64,000 nucleotides of DNA from an uncultured Verrucomicrobiae bacterium (GTDB lineage Bacteria > Verrucomicrobiota > Verrucomicrobiia > Limisphaerales > J093): positions 117,234 to 181,233 of the forward strand of contig CALFAV010000005.1 of the NCBI GenBank assembly GCA_937946835.1, written 5' to 3'. Shown here one piece after another: positions 63,778 to 64,000 of this stretch; position 1 is the stretch's first letter; each line of letters begins with the position of its first letter. Made by a program: the position numbers and the translations under genes. The notes beneath the pieces are model-generated. The model was not told the origin of the DNA, searched no databases, and was given only the letters and a program-made list of their open reading frames with translations.

Positions 63778-64000
63778 GGAAAAACTGAGCTTGAGAATCG
63801 GCAAGATCAAAATCCGTATCCTGTTTGTATCAAGTGACTTAAGATTGCATTTCGGTTGTCGTCTGAAACCCGTTTAAGAACCGGGATGTTAACTTGGCCG
63901 ACAGTTTGGCCTGCGTTCCCGATGAGCATAAGCCGATCGTCATCGGTAACCAATTGAACACCTGCTGGATAAACTGGAAGACGCGAGCGTATCCAAGGCC

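Noticed and set aside
1-64000. Window-wide look for CRISPR arrays, IS elements or transposases, integrases, prophage genes, toxin-antitoxin pairs and known defence-system genes.
   Set aside because: I saw no regularly spaced direct repeats and no nuclease, helicase, methyltransferase or recombinase-like ORFs. The only small DNA-binding gene (the Arc-type gene at 58481-58675) has no adjacent toxin-like partner. By-eye screening could miss short or degenerate elements.

Overview
High-GC bacterial chromosomal window (about two-thirds G+C by eye, not computed), densely coded on both strands. Most of it is housekeeping and cell-envelope content. Recognisable genes include dxr-cdsA, nadA, gcvT, hisD-hisC, miaB, dapB-folK and cydA/cydB. 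There are three minus-strand tRNAs (CAU anticodon of Ile2/Met type, Asp-GUC, Gln-CUG), several peptidases (NfeD/ClpP-class, PBP4, HtrA, S46), a small glycan-utilisation cluster (Tat-signal oxidoreductase, GH10, GH2), a DASS transporter and a receiver plus cNMP-binding histidine kinase pair. Two PEP-CTERM proteins, a delta-60-repeat/Calx-beta giant protein, a Sel1 protein and a GldG/DUF4340 module suggest a PVC-type (Verrucomicrobiota-like) Gram-negative; this is an inference. I saw no CRISPR array, transposase, integrase, phage gene or recognisable defence gene. The many very long Arg/Pro/Gly-rich ORFs in the track are antisense shadows typical of high-GC DNA. The items most worth a second look are: (1) a tightly coupled six-gene operon, HtrA, ABC ATPase, ABC-2 permease, GldG, DUF4340-like, AsmA-family (30178-39814); (2) an SPFH, bacterial-PH, Arc-repressor, DUF1648 cassette with a palindrome over its predicted promoter; (3) an in-frame Nudix-TadA fusion; (4) an atypical 283-nt cydA-cydB spacer holding a 21-nt perfect palindrome and an exactly bridging 92-codon ORF; (5) two low-GC, self-contained PEP-CTERM gene units, one with a good sigma54-type promoter match. 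All family calls come from motifs read by eye and need HMM confirmation.
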